A DNA stretch of 64,000 nt. It comes from Antedon mediterranea. Lineage: Eukaryota; Animalia; Echinodermata. Location: contig NC_092675.1 of the NCBI RefSeq assembly GCF_964355755.1, positions 25,640,912 to 25,704,911 on the forward strand. The letters are read 5' to 3'. This document shows positions 41,501 to 53,900 of the stretch, in pieces; positions within the stretch are counted from its first letter, which is position 1; every line of letters begins with the position of its first letter. The notes below the pieces were generated by a model. That model did no database searches. It saw only the letters and a list, made by a program, of their open reading frames with translations, and was not told where the DNA came from. The translations under genes were made by a program, and so were the position numbers.

Positions 41501-43475
41501 TTCATTCGTTGTCCATGTCATAGGTCAAACATTTATTTCTTGTAAGCATAATATTTATCAATACTTTAAAGAGCTTAATTTTTTAAATTAATACTGTTAT
41601 ATCTCTTTTCGCTATTCACCGTGTCCGATAACGGGCTTAGGATCAAAATACGTATTATATGTGTATTTGTATGTTCTTCAGATAATAAGGAACCAGATCT
41701 AGTGTGTCCTGAACCTATCATAGTTAACAACAGCACCGACCAGTACGAATATCCAGTCACCTGGAAGAACCCCATAGTAACAGACAATTTGCTTAACGAT
41801 ATATCAGCAACTTGCACACCTGCATCGGGATCCATCTTTGACGTTGGTTCAACTATTGTCACGTGTTCTGCGACAGATGGTACTGGAAATGTAGGAAGTT
41901 GTTCATTCGTTGTCCATGTCATGGATCAGACATATCTTTCTGGTAAGCACTGACTGGCATAACTTTTAACAGTACGTTAAACACTTATGTTGATGACTGA
42001 TATTAATTGTAAGCAATAGCAAGAGAAAAGTAGACATTCATAACAATTCAATTCTACTGATTACTAGGCCTATCATCATTTTTATTGCATCATGGTTTTC
42101 CTTATTATTGGCATTATGAAATACATTTAGTTAGATAAACCTTTTTTAAAATTAAATTAAATTCACATATACAAATTATTATATCCAACCCTTAATACTC
42201 AATATTTAAGTTGATTTTAAAACGTAGGTTACTTAATCAAACTGTGCAGAATATTTTAATGACTTAAAAGATTGAATATTCTTTTAAAAGCTGCGTGGCA
42301 GGGCAGTTGATTTATCATCAGCCTACCTGTACATGCGCAATATTCTCAACATGAAATGGAAGGAGATTATGCACAGCACAAACATACGAAATTAACAAAT
42401 CAATGGAAGGGTACTACACTTATTGAACAGTATATGACATATTTTAAAATGTTGTTATAGGTTATTCTGATGAGGGCCATGAATTTATTAGCGCTAGTGG
42501 TCAAGTAGCAATTCTCGTAGTCCTATGTATACTCGTTGCTAATTTGGTATTAGCTTTAATTGTGGTTGTCAGGTACAGTACTATTCTGTTATTTTCATTA
42601 TTTTCAATTTTGATTAAAGCTTTTGAATTGTTGAAAGTTCAGAGAGGATGTATCTGGTGGGTGAAAATCTATGATAATATCATAATGGCTCTGTAGTCTA
42701 GTGGTATGATACTCGCCCTGTAAGCGAGAGGTTGCAGGTTCGAATCCCGCCAGAGACATTTTTTCATACAACTAAAAAATAAAGAACTTTCGCCAATGCT
42801 CGACAAGATTATGAGATCATGTTCCGAATAATGAGCACTGTTTCTATAATTTACAGTATGATTTTTATATAACTTTCACAGTGATACGCAACACATTGAT
42901 TTATATATATATTTGTAAATATACCGTATGTATGTATGTTTATAATAATACAAAAAGGCGGATCATTTGGCTGATCTATTCTCTTTATTTTTTAAGGTTT
43001 AAAAAGGCGTCTACGAATCATTTGTAAAAAGTATAAAATGAAAAATCCTATACTCTCTCTCCCTTTCAGAACAATGGAATATTGAACAATGTTATTAGAT
43101 TGCATGCTATTATTCCTAAAACAATATAATTGCTATTAATAATTACTTACAGCAAGTATAATTCAATAAATTGTTATTTATTTTCATATGACTGTTTTAA
43201 CTAACTAATTAAATGATTTTAAACAAATTAGGCTAGTTTATTGAAATTTGTTTTGTTCGTTTTATGTGGGTTTTTATGCAAATTCTTCAATATTTAACAT
43301 TGTATAAATCTAACAAATAAATAAGAATTAAACAACAATTTGTTTTTAATACACATTTAAAACTGATGTGTTATTTAGGTACTATAAATGGAAATGGAAA
43401 TATAAGCAGGACACATTTACAGTCAGGAAGAAGAAAGAAGATGATGCAATATACTGTTCTGTATTGCAACCATAA
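35479..43475 (+). CDS. Gene C: FTP - 3xHYR - TM receptor with tyrosine-motif tail, about 491 aa
   Basis: Exons 35479-35575, 36187-36303, 36610-36699, 38856-39071, 39716-39958, 41281-41523, 41682-41942, 42461-42572 (TM VAILVVLCILVANLVLALIVVV) and 43379-43475 (RYYKWKWKYKQDTFTVRKKKEDDAIYCSVLQP*). The 1476 nt are in frame if the acceptor at 38856 is used. The H-x26-R-x-D-x4-R motif is intact. Confidence 0.8.
36990..38540 (-). mobile_element. 5'-truncated Penelope-like retroelement (RT plus GIY-YIG endonuclease) inserted in a (TA)n tract
   Basis: ORF 37339-38508: MGTKMGPNFA, RYIDD, FLD, CxxxRCxxC, VYCISCTKC..YIGETKRRLGDRFVEH. Flanked by TA repeats. Absent from the gene D paralogous intron at about 52410-52465. 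Confidence 0.93.
37075..37117 (-). ncRNA. Minimal type I hammerhead ribozyme in the Penelope terminal region
   Basis: Minus strand reads UUUUCAC-CUGAUGA-U-GGGC-UAU-GCCC-GAAAC-AU-GUC-GUUAAAA: conserved core, stem II, very short palindromic stem III, and stem I with one mismatch. Confidence 0.75.
42687..42758 (+). pseudogene. tRNA-like sequence (TGT at the anticodon position, Pro-like body); probably a SINE head or tRNA pseudogene in the TM-tail intron
   Basis: GGCTCTG/CAGAGAC acceptor stem, A box TAGTCTAGTGG, CTCGC-CCTGTAA-GCGAG anticodon arm and B box GGTTCGAATCC. It has C instead of U33 and stem mismatches. Confidence 0.65.
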
Positions 43476-46029
43476 CCTACTCATTTACTAAGAAAAAAAA
43501 CCCCCATGAGATGGTTAGAAATTACTGTTCACATTTAATTGCTGGGTTTTGATTCTTTTTAAATTTAAACCTAATTCACTAACTGAAAATTTATAATAAG
43601 TATTATAGTTTCAGATTGGCATATTTAGCAATTTTCATTAAAATTGATTTCAGAATTAAAGTTTTTCCTAATTAATATAATTATCCGGTAACATTATAAC
43701 GGTTGAATTAGTGAATCTATGTATTATTTGCTATTGTCTTGCTATGCTATTATTATTGCTTTATTTTAAAATCAAACAACTGATAAATCTGGAATGGCAC
43801 ATGCCATACATCTTTATTTATATAACAATTAGGTCTAATTTGTAAAATGTCATTACCAACATAATGTTATTAACTAAATGAATCTAGAATCATTGGACAA
43901 TGTTACTGTGCTTGTGTTGATATTGTATCTAATACTCCCAACAACAACAACACATGTTTTTTTATGCGTTTCCAGTGAGTATATAGTCAACTTAACATGT
44001 AAATACTGCTAAACTAATAAATAGTGTAATTTATTATACTGTTAAATACATTGTGAATACACAAACATAATCAAAGAATGGATGTCAACGACTTCCGATG
44101 ATGATTCTATTTAACATCAAAGTTGGAAAAATACTAATATTAAAAACCACTTCCTGTAAATCCGAAGACGGATTTGCAGCAAATTATTGTTATTATATTA
44201 ATATCTTTCAGATACATTGTGTAGTTTATATTCAAATAGCAGAAGCAAGATAGAAATAAAGTGTTTATAAGCAACTTAGACCTCTGTTCTGTACTCTTAC
44301 TTGTGGTACCTGTATTCTTAATAAGCTATCCGTCCTGGTTAGGCCCTATATATGTATTTGGTAATAAGATTCAAGAAGATTCAAGATTTAAGGAATTGTA
44401 TTGCTCCGTTTAAAATGGAAATTCATTTTGCTTGGGTGGCATAATTAAGAAAATAATAGACAATCAAACTACAAGAAAAATACATCAAATTGCATAAACA
44501 CTTAGGCCAATGTTAACATACTATTAAAACTATTAAAAATCATTAAATTTTAATATAAATCTTACAGTATAAAGTTATCGTCGAACACATATGAATGCTA
44601 TTTACAACAAATGACTTCCTAGTTCTATTTAGATTAGCTGTTGGTGGTCGTAGTCTAATCTATTAAACTTGTCATTAGGAAAACGAGCCCTATTTAACGT
44701 GAGCTTTTAGTACCCCGGCTAACCCGGGGTACTATAATTGCCTGTAATTGTTTTGACCCTGATCAGTCTTGTTGATGGGTAATTAACAGAACAGTGGCCA
44801 TCAATCATGCAGGAAAGTATCTGGGTACTAAAAGAAGCCAAGCCCACTTTGTTTGCCAACAGCCAATCACCGACAGCATCAGGTTTCAGTTACAGCATGT
44901 TTTTTAATGATTAGGTAATAGTTTGATTTCATGAAATAAATGAATATTTATAAAATAGCCTTTTCACGCCTTATAATTATTTAAGTAAGCCTTTATTTCC
45001 ATGTTTCCTTTTCGATTTTGTACATTTTAACAACATTGTATGGGGAGCTACAAAGTTCAACCTTAGATTGAGTAGTCAAGCGATCAACCAATTACAATTA
45101 AATAATTTTAATTTTATTAATTTACCAATGAAATACATAGCCTACTACAAATGGATTCTGAAATAAACTGGGATGGTGCGATGGGATTTGGTAGGGATGT
45201 CAAGAGGTACACCATCACATCAGACTCGGGCTGAGGTATAGGCAGGGAGTTGTTATTAATAACAACTCCCTGGTATAGGTAGGCCTACAATTTTTGAGAA
45301 TATGAGCGGGAAATTCAAATAAAATAATGTAGCCGTAGGGGGTGGTACCCATACGCTTCCCAAAAAGTGTTTGCGCTATATTAGTATATAGGACCAGATA
45401 TATGAATTAATTAATAATACTAAAAAATCTAAAAAATAAATCTTTTTATTTAAAAAAATGTAATTGAATGAATGTTAATAAACATAAACGAAACCTATAT
45501 AAATAACAATCTTTTTTATTGTGTAACAAGTTGATGTTATACGATATTATAATAGAGGGATTATGCCTCATTTTAGTTGTTTATGTTATTCTAAGAAAAC
45601 TGCACATAGGCCTACATACATTATGTTCACTTTAGCACTCTAGTATTTTAAAACATTGATGACTAGCAATTATACACGCCCGGGCGGGTTTCCTATGTAG
45701 TTTTAAAACTTCACAGTACATTCCCGATCATTTGATAACTCATTATGCAGATGCCCTAAAATGCACCCACCTCCCCAACACACACCCGCACTCGGGGATT
45801 TTTTAACTTATAATGTTAAACTTCCTGGTACAAATTCTATTGCAAACCCCGGCTCTATGACGGTTTTCAAATGCAGTTAAAACATACCCCAGTTCACATT
45901 ACTCATGTGGTCATTGATACTAACCCCAGCAAATCACTAAGCCTCCAACCCCTCTAACCTCTGCACACTGTGATTTTTTTAAATATAGTTTAAAACCTTC
46001 CCAGTACAATTGTGGTCATACAATCACGA

Positions 46030-46790
46030 AATATTGTGCTACCTACATTTGAGAAAGTGTGCAATCCATTAAAAAATTGTGCTCCTCTTTGAGAAATTGT
46101 GCTACCTTTTTGAGAAATAATTGTGCTAACCATTCGGGAAATTGTGCTACCTCTTTGAGAAATTGTTCTACCCATTCGGGAAATTGTGCTACCTCTTTGA
46201 GAAATTGTGCTAACCATTCGTGAAATTGTGCTACCTCTTTGAGAAATTGTGCTAACCATTCGAGAAATTGTGCTACCTCTTTGAGAAATTGTGCTAACCA
46301 TTCCGGAAATTGTGCTACCTCTTTGAGAAATTATGCAATCCATTCGGGAGATTTTGTGCTACCTCTTTGAGAAATTGTGCTAACCATTCGGGAAATTGTG
46401 CTACCTCTTTGAGAAATTGTGCTAACCATTGGGAAATTGTGCTACCTCTTTGAGAAATTGTGCTAACCATTCGGGAAATTGTGCTACCTCTTTGAGAAAT
46501 TGTGCTAACCATTCGGGAAATTGTGCTACCTCTTTGAGAAATTGTGCTAACCATTTGGGAAATTGTGCTACCTCTTTGAGACATTGTGCTAACCATTCGG
46601 GAAATTGTGCTACCTCTTTGAGAAATTGTGCTAACCATTTGGGAAATTGTGCTCCCTCTTTGAGAAATTGTGCTAACCATTCGGGAAATTGTGCTACCTC
46701 TTTGAGAAATTGTGCAATCCATTCCGAAAGTTGTGCTACTTCTTTGAGAAATTGTACGTACGGTATACCTATTTGAGAAATTGTGCTATC
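46030..46790. repeat. Minisatellite with a 42-bp unit made of two related 21-mers
   Basis: Alternating GAAATTGTGCTACCTCTTTGA and GAAATTGTGCTAACCATTCGG, degenerate at both ends. Confidence 0.95.
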
Positions 46791-46941
46791 TTTTTCACGT
46801 TTTTTCATCCCCTTCATAATCCATATTCCTATATCTTACCATGCACCAACTCATTCCAAATGTTAAAGGATACAAGATAATACTGTGACGGGATTTAATA
46901 TTATGTGCCAACAATACTTTATCGCATTATGCAGGTTCACA

Positions 46942-47676
46942 TTTTTAGTCGCGTGGACGCGACTCTATAGTTCACTATGTCGGTCGGTCGGTCTGTCTGT
47001 CTGTCGGTCCGGTATCACTATGCATGTTATCGCTTTCTGACCTTATCTTGATATCAGTTTAATCTAGCTAAGTCAATTTTTCACAGTATATTCCTTATGG
47101 CCAGGAATCGATGTGGTTATGTTTTCACGGTGCGCAATAAAAAATTACGCGGTCTACGCACGATTTAACGAAATCACGTTTGTAATCATATCTTCACAAC
47201 CATGAATCACAATTAAATAAAATTTGGTACTCATAAATTTCAGGGCATAAATCATTATATGGCAATACAATTACGTGCGTAGCGCATGTAACGCATGCGT
47301 ACGCGCGCTTAAAATTTTCAAAATTTATTTTCGATGAAATAAGAGTACGTTTCAGGCAATTTTAAGGGTTTACAAAATTGCCATGAGTGCGCAGATTTTT
47401 GCGCGCGCACTGTGCATTAAATGTTATTGCGCACTCTTTTTGGCCGATTTCTGTTTTCTTGACTTACTTTTCAACTAGAAATTACGTTATATGAGCACGT
47501 CAAAAGTGACAGGCTACGCACGTGTAAATTAAAAAAATATAAATGTTTTTAAACATTTCAACATTTTTACACATGTTCAGTAGTTCACTATGTCGGTCGG
47601 TCTGTCGGTCTGTCTGTCGGTCGGTCCGGTATCACTATGCATTGTAGCACGCGACTTAATGGCTGTTGGCCTTGTT
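46942..47676 (+). mobile_element. Helentron-associated (DINE-1/HINE-like) non-autonomous element
   Basis: Inserted in a T-run. Subterminal inverted repeat AGTCGCGTG / CACGCGACT, an adjacent 5' inverted copy, a duplicated core with (GTCG/GTCT)n microsatellite, and a short GC-rich 3' hairpin. Confidence 0.7.
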
Positions 47677-50600
47677 TTTTAACGGACAGGAATTTTTTAA
47701 GAATATATACTCTATAAAATTTAATTCAAATTAGGCCCATAATATATGTTTACATGGCAATTGTTAATTTTCAAATTTCAAACATGCACATACAGATTTT
47801 ATTCAGTGTATTAATTACAGTATCTGATTTTTTAGTTAATCGTTAAAATAATGATATCCTGGCCTATAACAAAAATGTTCCATCTGTAACATTAACAACC
47901 ATTTTTTAATATTTACTTAGACCTAATCTATTGATTACAATTCAGGAGTTACAAATTAAGAGTTAACATTTTTGGTATCATTACTTCACACAACTTAGAC
48001 AAACAAATGTCACATTAATGTGAAAAAAAAACTGAACTATTATGTATTGAGAAAAACATAAATATATATTTCCTCCATAAATGTGCATACAATTGGGGTA
48101 TACTCAAGAAAAGGGGTTTATAATTGAGACATAAAGTAACTATTATATAAAATATGATTATAAAATACAGTATTTAATTGTTTGCTTATAATTTGAAATA
48201 GTATTACTGTACTATTTATTATACTCCCTCTAATGTTAAATATATAGGCCTATTATAGGCCTATATATTTAACATTAGAGGGGTGGCAAATCCATAGAGA
48301 TCATTTTGAGATCTCAGCTGAAGAACATGAAATAGTTTATAAATATAGTTTTAATTTCAAAACAAAAGTTTTTGCTTTTCCAGCGATTTTAGTCTGGGTG
48401 CACAAAACACAAATTTTTAATTTAAACTCATCTCTACAGTTCATTCTTGGCTCCCTGCTGTTAGATTAGAACTGACCTTGCTAACCACAAGGCCACTTGC
48501 ATTCTTTAATTTTGTGTGCAAAAAATTTACCCATGGTATAATGGTGGTTTCTAAATACAATGAGTGACCAATTCCAAAATAGGCTGTGCATTGCAGCCAA
48601 TCAGAAGCAAGGAAGGCTGAGCCTGGAAGATGAACAAGGTGTTACGTGATTTATTAATTGCCTAAGACATTAATGACTGGCTTTAGGCAAAAATAAACAA
48701 GTAAGATGCCAGAGGCAAAAGCTCACGCTAAATAGGGCTCGTTCTCCTAATGTAACAGTTGGATGGGGTCTTTCTTAAGATACACTTCTCGTAAATTAGT
48801 GATTATATTAGTTAGATCTGCTTTAATGATACGTTGCGCAATTTTACGTGGTCTCTCTATATTTTTCTTATCTTTTTCATTATAATATGATACACCTCCA
48901 CGAGGACGTACTGCCAACAGAGATGCGGAGGTATCAATAGACGATGTGGCATAACAGTAAAAATAATTATGCAACGTTTTCAGGAAGTTAAGCTCATCAT
49001 TAAAAAGCCATGTTTCTTGCAAACAAATAGCATCAAGTCAAGAATCTCCTTCTGTCTAGACTTTAAGTTCTTACAGTTATACGAAACTACTCGGGCATCA
49101 CAAGTTTGGTGTACAGCCATGACTAGTCAGTATAGTTAAATCAGGAGTATATTTATTATCTTTCAAACCTATTCTAGGCTCATAATATTTACGAATGATG
49201 GCATTAGCATGCTAGATCGACGAATCAAGTATATTATCTCTCTATATTTAGCATCGCAGCTCAAAATGAAAGAAACATATTCGACACTTTAACAGCCAAA
49301 GCACTCACTTGCAGTGACTGCTCAACGGACCTATTTCCAAGGTATAAACAGAAAGGACCTGTTTTATTAGTTCCACGTTGCGACATTCTGCGGTTGTAGC
49401 GTGGTATAATTATAATGTCCAAACAACAGAGTCCAACTAGATAAAAGGCATCCATATTATATGTGACGTTCGTTCTTATCGTCGTTTCTTTCAACATAAA
49501 ATCCATTGAATACGCAATGTCATTAATAAAAAACTTTTGCAAGGCCTAATGTTTATGTGTGCTAAGATTTTCAGGAACGGAAATGATATAAAGAACAAAT
49601 AGTCTTTAAAAAGAAACTATTTCTTGATACACATTTTTATTAAATATCGGACAACTTTCTTCTGAACAATCTTCAGACATTTAACGCCTATTAAAATAAC
49701 CACCTAGCCAAAATTAAGCATTTAGTAAAAAACAGCATTGACCAGTACGAAGTTCCAGTAACCTGTAGTGACTCCACAGTACACCTGCACCGGGATGCAT
49801 TGCCACTGGGATGCATTCTTTTTTCCATATTAGGTTAAGGCAGAAACTATAGAGGGTGTGAATCAACACATAAATATTCATGATGTGACGGCAAACCCTG
49901 GAAATAGTTTTCAAACGGTAACCGAAAATGATCTCTCGTCGCGTTGCTAGGAAAGCTGCTGCAAAAACATTCACCAACCGTGTAGCCGCACCTACGTACG
50001 TATAGTATTAAACATTGTAATGTAGTGTAAATGAATTTGATTAAGAACTAATTGGCACTAAAATAACTGATAAAATACTTTTATTGCAACTTTTGGGTTG
50101 AATTATACAAAATGACATACATGTTTAATATTAGTCTGAACGTTGTACTTTCAGACATAATGAATTATTCCCTATAATATACATGGGAATATCTTTGGCA
50201 CTGCTAATGCAAAAACAAAATAATTAAAAATAAAAACATTATAATAATAATATATGTTGCTTATGTTTCTGAAATATTTATTTTTTTGACATCCAACAAT
50301 GTACATTATTATTATTAAATGAATTAATTAAAACTCACACATAATCTTAGAATCAATTGTGATTATACAGGTTTAATTATATCATAGCTAGGCCTACATA
50401 TTAACGGATTCTGCCAAAAAAAAGGAAAGACAATTAATTCATCAACGCGACAACATCATACCTCCATGTTCAGGCTATTTAGGCCTAATAGCTAGCGCAC
50501 GATGTTCGTACGCTACGGCTCTTTACCAGCTATATAGCAGGTCTTGTGTCAACAACATTGTATGACGTCATGAGCTCAGGCATGCATCATGAATATTGAT

Positions 50601-50909
50601 GATATACGTACGCCCTCTATAGCTTCTGCCTTAACCTAATAGGAAAACAATAATGCCACCGGGATACATCTTTGATGTTGGTTCAACTATTGTCACGTGT
50701 TCTGCAACCGCTGGAAATGTAGGAAGTTGTTCGTTTGTTGTCCATGTCATAGGTCAGAGAATTGATCCAGGAAGATTTTGTTAACAGATGTAAACGTTGT
50801 GTTATGTATAAACACGAGTTTACTGAATAATCCTATACATACCTGTACATACTTCGTAGGGCCAACATTAAATGAAAGTCACACTTTTCCAGTCGAACAT
50901 TCTTACAAA

Positions 50910-53900
50910 ATGTTTTCGTCAGTATATACCATTGTCTGTTTTATGACTTTTCTGCATATGTCGCAATCCAGAATCATTTCATCATGCTATGATACGTTCG
51001 AATTAGGTAAGTTATCCTATATCTATTTTCTCAATCATCTAATTTTATGTGCAAATTTAAATAAACAATCGGGAATCAAAATCCAAATTGCGTAACCAAT
51101 TAACACAGTTTAGTAATAATACTGATATTGGACGGTTAAGTTAGGTAACGTTATCCTTAAATGTATTGTATTAGGCTGCTAAATTCATTTATTTCCATAA
51201 TCATCTAAAGTAAACTAAAAACAAAACCCAAAACAAAGGAGAAATGGAGTGTTGTAATAAGTATCAACTAATGGTTTAGAATGAATGATTTAGTGACTTA
51301 TAGGCCGACACATTGTATTACACGATTTTAGTCTCCTGTAAAGTATATACATTCTTCTTAAATATTAACACCGCGATACTTGTCATAATTTCCAAACTAT
51401 AACTTTATTGTTCCGAAATTTAACAACGTAAATAGGTAATTTGGAATGGAAAGAGTGGCAGAATTTCAAAACTTGGATGACAAATGGATTGTCTGTCGTT
51501 GGGACGACAGTTAAAATACGCTGCTTTTTCAAAATGTTTACCTTTTAACACAATGCTCATTATGAAAATGTACCATTGATGAATATATAATAACTTTTAA
51601 AACGTTGATCAAAATTGTTTAGTGTCAGAGTTCAAAGAAGCAAGACAAATTTCAAGATATAATGTAGATGCTTTTTCTTCACACGCGGTTGACGGTGGAA
51701 TAGATGGAACGTACAAGAAACGTTCATGCACGCACACACGTAAGTGATAAATTGCAAAATGTTTTAACGAATTATCTATTTTGTAGGATTTTATACATAT
51801 TCATATAACATAACAATACGTGTAGTAACGTATTTTTAAGAGCATCGACGGCATGTAAACCATTTCAAAATAAATAGTTTCTAATTCAAACTTTCTTTTC
51901 GATCGATCGCAAAGACTTCAGCGCAACGCAGAATATAGGAATTGACCAATGACATTCGACTGCTCGAATAATCCGTCAAATCCGTGATGGTATTTTTGTC
52001 GTATTTTATGTAATGTAGGCCTAATTGATATTTCTTTCATTAAAGTTTTAGAGGATAGTCCGTGGTGGTATGTTGATCTCGGAACAGAAACAGTAATTTC
52101 AAAAATTGTTATATTTAACAGAGACGATTGTTGTGGTAAGAAGATTAAATATCATATTTGAGTGATTTTTCACTCGGTATTATTCTGAATTCTATTATAT
52201 TACGTATACTCTAATTTCTATTGCATGCGTGTAAGGTACACTTTCGTTGAAGAGTTTGTATCTATCCAATTGGACTTCTTGTACCAGTGGTCTAATGGTG
52301 GATTCCGAGTTCAAATTTCTTCTCACTCTCTCTCTCTCCCTCTCTTTCCCCCATATTTCCTCACTTTAGCGTTTAAATTATAAAAACTTCAGTTTATTTA
52401 TAGGCTTATAATATATATATATATTATATATAAACAAATCAGTGCAAAGAACATATATATATATAAAATATCATTAAATAAGATAATTTATTTCAGTTTT
52501 GTACTTTTTGCATATTTTCAAATGTATATCGCTTGCTCGTTGTATTAACCTGTAGTTCTTTCTTTATTTAAGCGGATAGATTATCAGGAGTAGAGGTTCG
52601 TGTTGGCAATAGTCAAGTTTCGCCCTTTTTTAGTAATGCACAATGTGCATTGACTATATCACGAATGGATGCAATCGCAAGAAACCCTATAGAGATGTCA
52701 TGCAACCCACCTATTTCTGGGCGGTATGTCACTGTATATAAACAGATTAGAGGATATCTTACCTTATGTGAAGTAAAGGTTTACAAAGGTGTGTACATGG
52801 TAATAAAGCTTTCGCTATTGTTGCTAAACATCATGTGTACACTTAGACAAATCACATGTTTTTCCACCAAGGTTTACAGAAATCTACGCTGATTCTAATT
52901 TCAAAATCACATTTTTTACTGCGCATTTCCTAAATATGACCATATCAATTGTAAAAAACGAAATTATCAAAATACTGTGTACATCAACAATAAATTAATC
53001 CTAAATCATTTTTTGATAAAAGGGCTTTACTTCATTTTTTTTTCAAATTGAGATTGTTTGAGTATTTGATTTGACTAGTATAATTTACGGTATGACCAAT
53101 ATATAATGAATCAGCTTTATATTAGCGGGTACGATTCTCAGATGAAAAGTTTCTTTGATTAAATTTGTGTTTTTGCAAATATAAAACGTGAAAATGTGAA
53201 ACTACGTGGAATATTCTATATTGATATACTCCTAAAAACCAGAATACTACCTGTACATTGAAAAACAAAAACGCGTTTTGGTCAAAAGCGACATTTTGTA
53301 GATAAGCTCCTTTTCAACATCGGTCAGCATAGTTGGGCCTATTTTTATTTTCATTTATTATATTTCTTGTTATTGATCTTCATACAATAAAACCAATAGG
53401 TTCAAAAGAAGGAATGCAAACCTCTGTCATTATCTTTATAGACATTGGAAAACCTAAAGTTATGTGTCCAGATGATATAGTGGTAAATGTTGATAATAAT
53501 CAGACTTTACATCAAGTTAATTGGAATCCTCCTGACGTTTCTGATAATTTCCATACGGATCTTTCGGCAATCTGTTCACCGTCATCAGGTTCTTCATTTC
53601 CAGTCGGATTCACCAAAGTTACTTGTTCAGCTTCTGACGCAACTGGAAACCAAGGAAACTGTTCATTTGTTGTAAATATTGCAGGTCAGGTCAACTATTT
53701 ATTATTTATAATAATGTATTGTCAATATAATCTGTATGTATTGGTATTTGTTTAACATATATATTTTTCTATATTTGCAATATTTTATATCGTATACATG
53801 TCAATTTAATCTATAGGTATGTGTATTTGTTCAATATATATACTTCTATATATTTTTATATATTTGCAATATGTTATACCGTAAATACAAATTGTAAGTA

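Larger units (their letters stand above)
44673..48752. mobile_element. 4.1-kb non-coding TIR element without a clear TSD
   Basis: 36-bp TIR CATTAGGA(A/G)AACGAGCCCTATTTA(A/G)CGTGAGCTTTT. Empty site AAACTTGTAACAGTT at 33347-33361. Confidence 0.85.

Noticed and set aside
42687-42758. Functional tRNA-Thr(TGT) gene
   Set aside because: C at position 33, stem mismatches, a mismatched body identity and a deleted duplicate copy favour a pseudogene or SINE.
46030-46790. CRISPR-like periodicity
   Set aside because: There are no unique spacers and no cas genes, and the context is eukaryotic; it is a minisatellite.
45990-46880. Several repetitive ORFs (ISQRGST..., WLAQFLKEVAQFPE..., NCATSLR...) resembling amphipathic or antifreeze repeats
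   Set aside because: They arise from a 21-bp unit (a multiple of 3) that is open in several frames on both strands, with frameshifts and no splice context.
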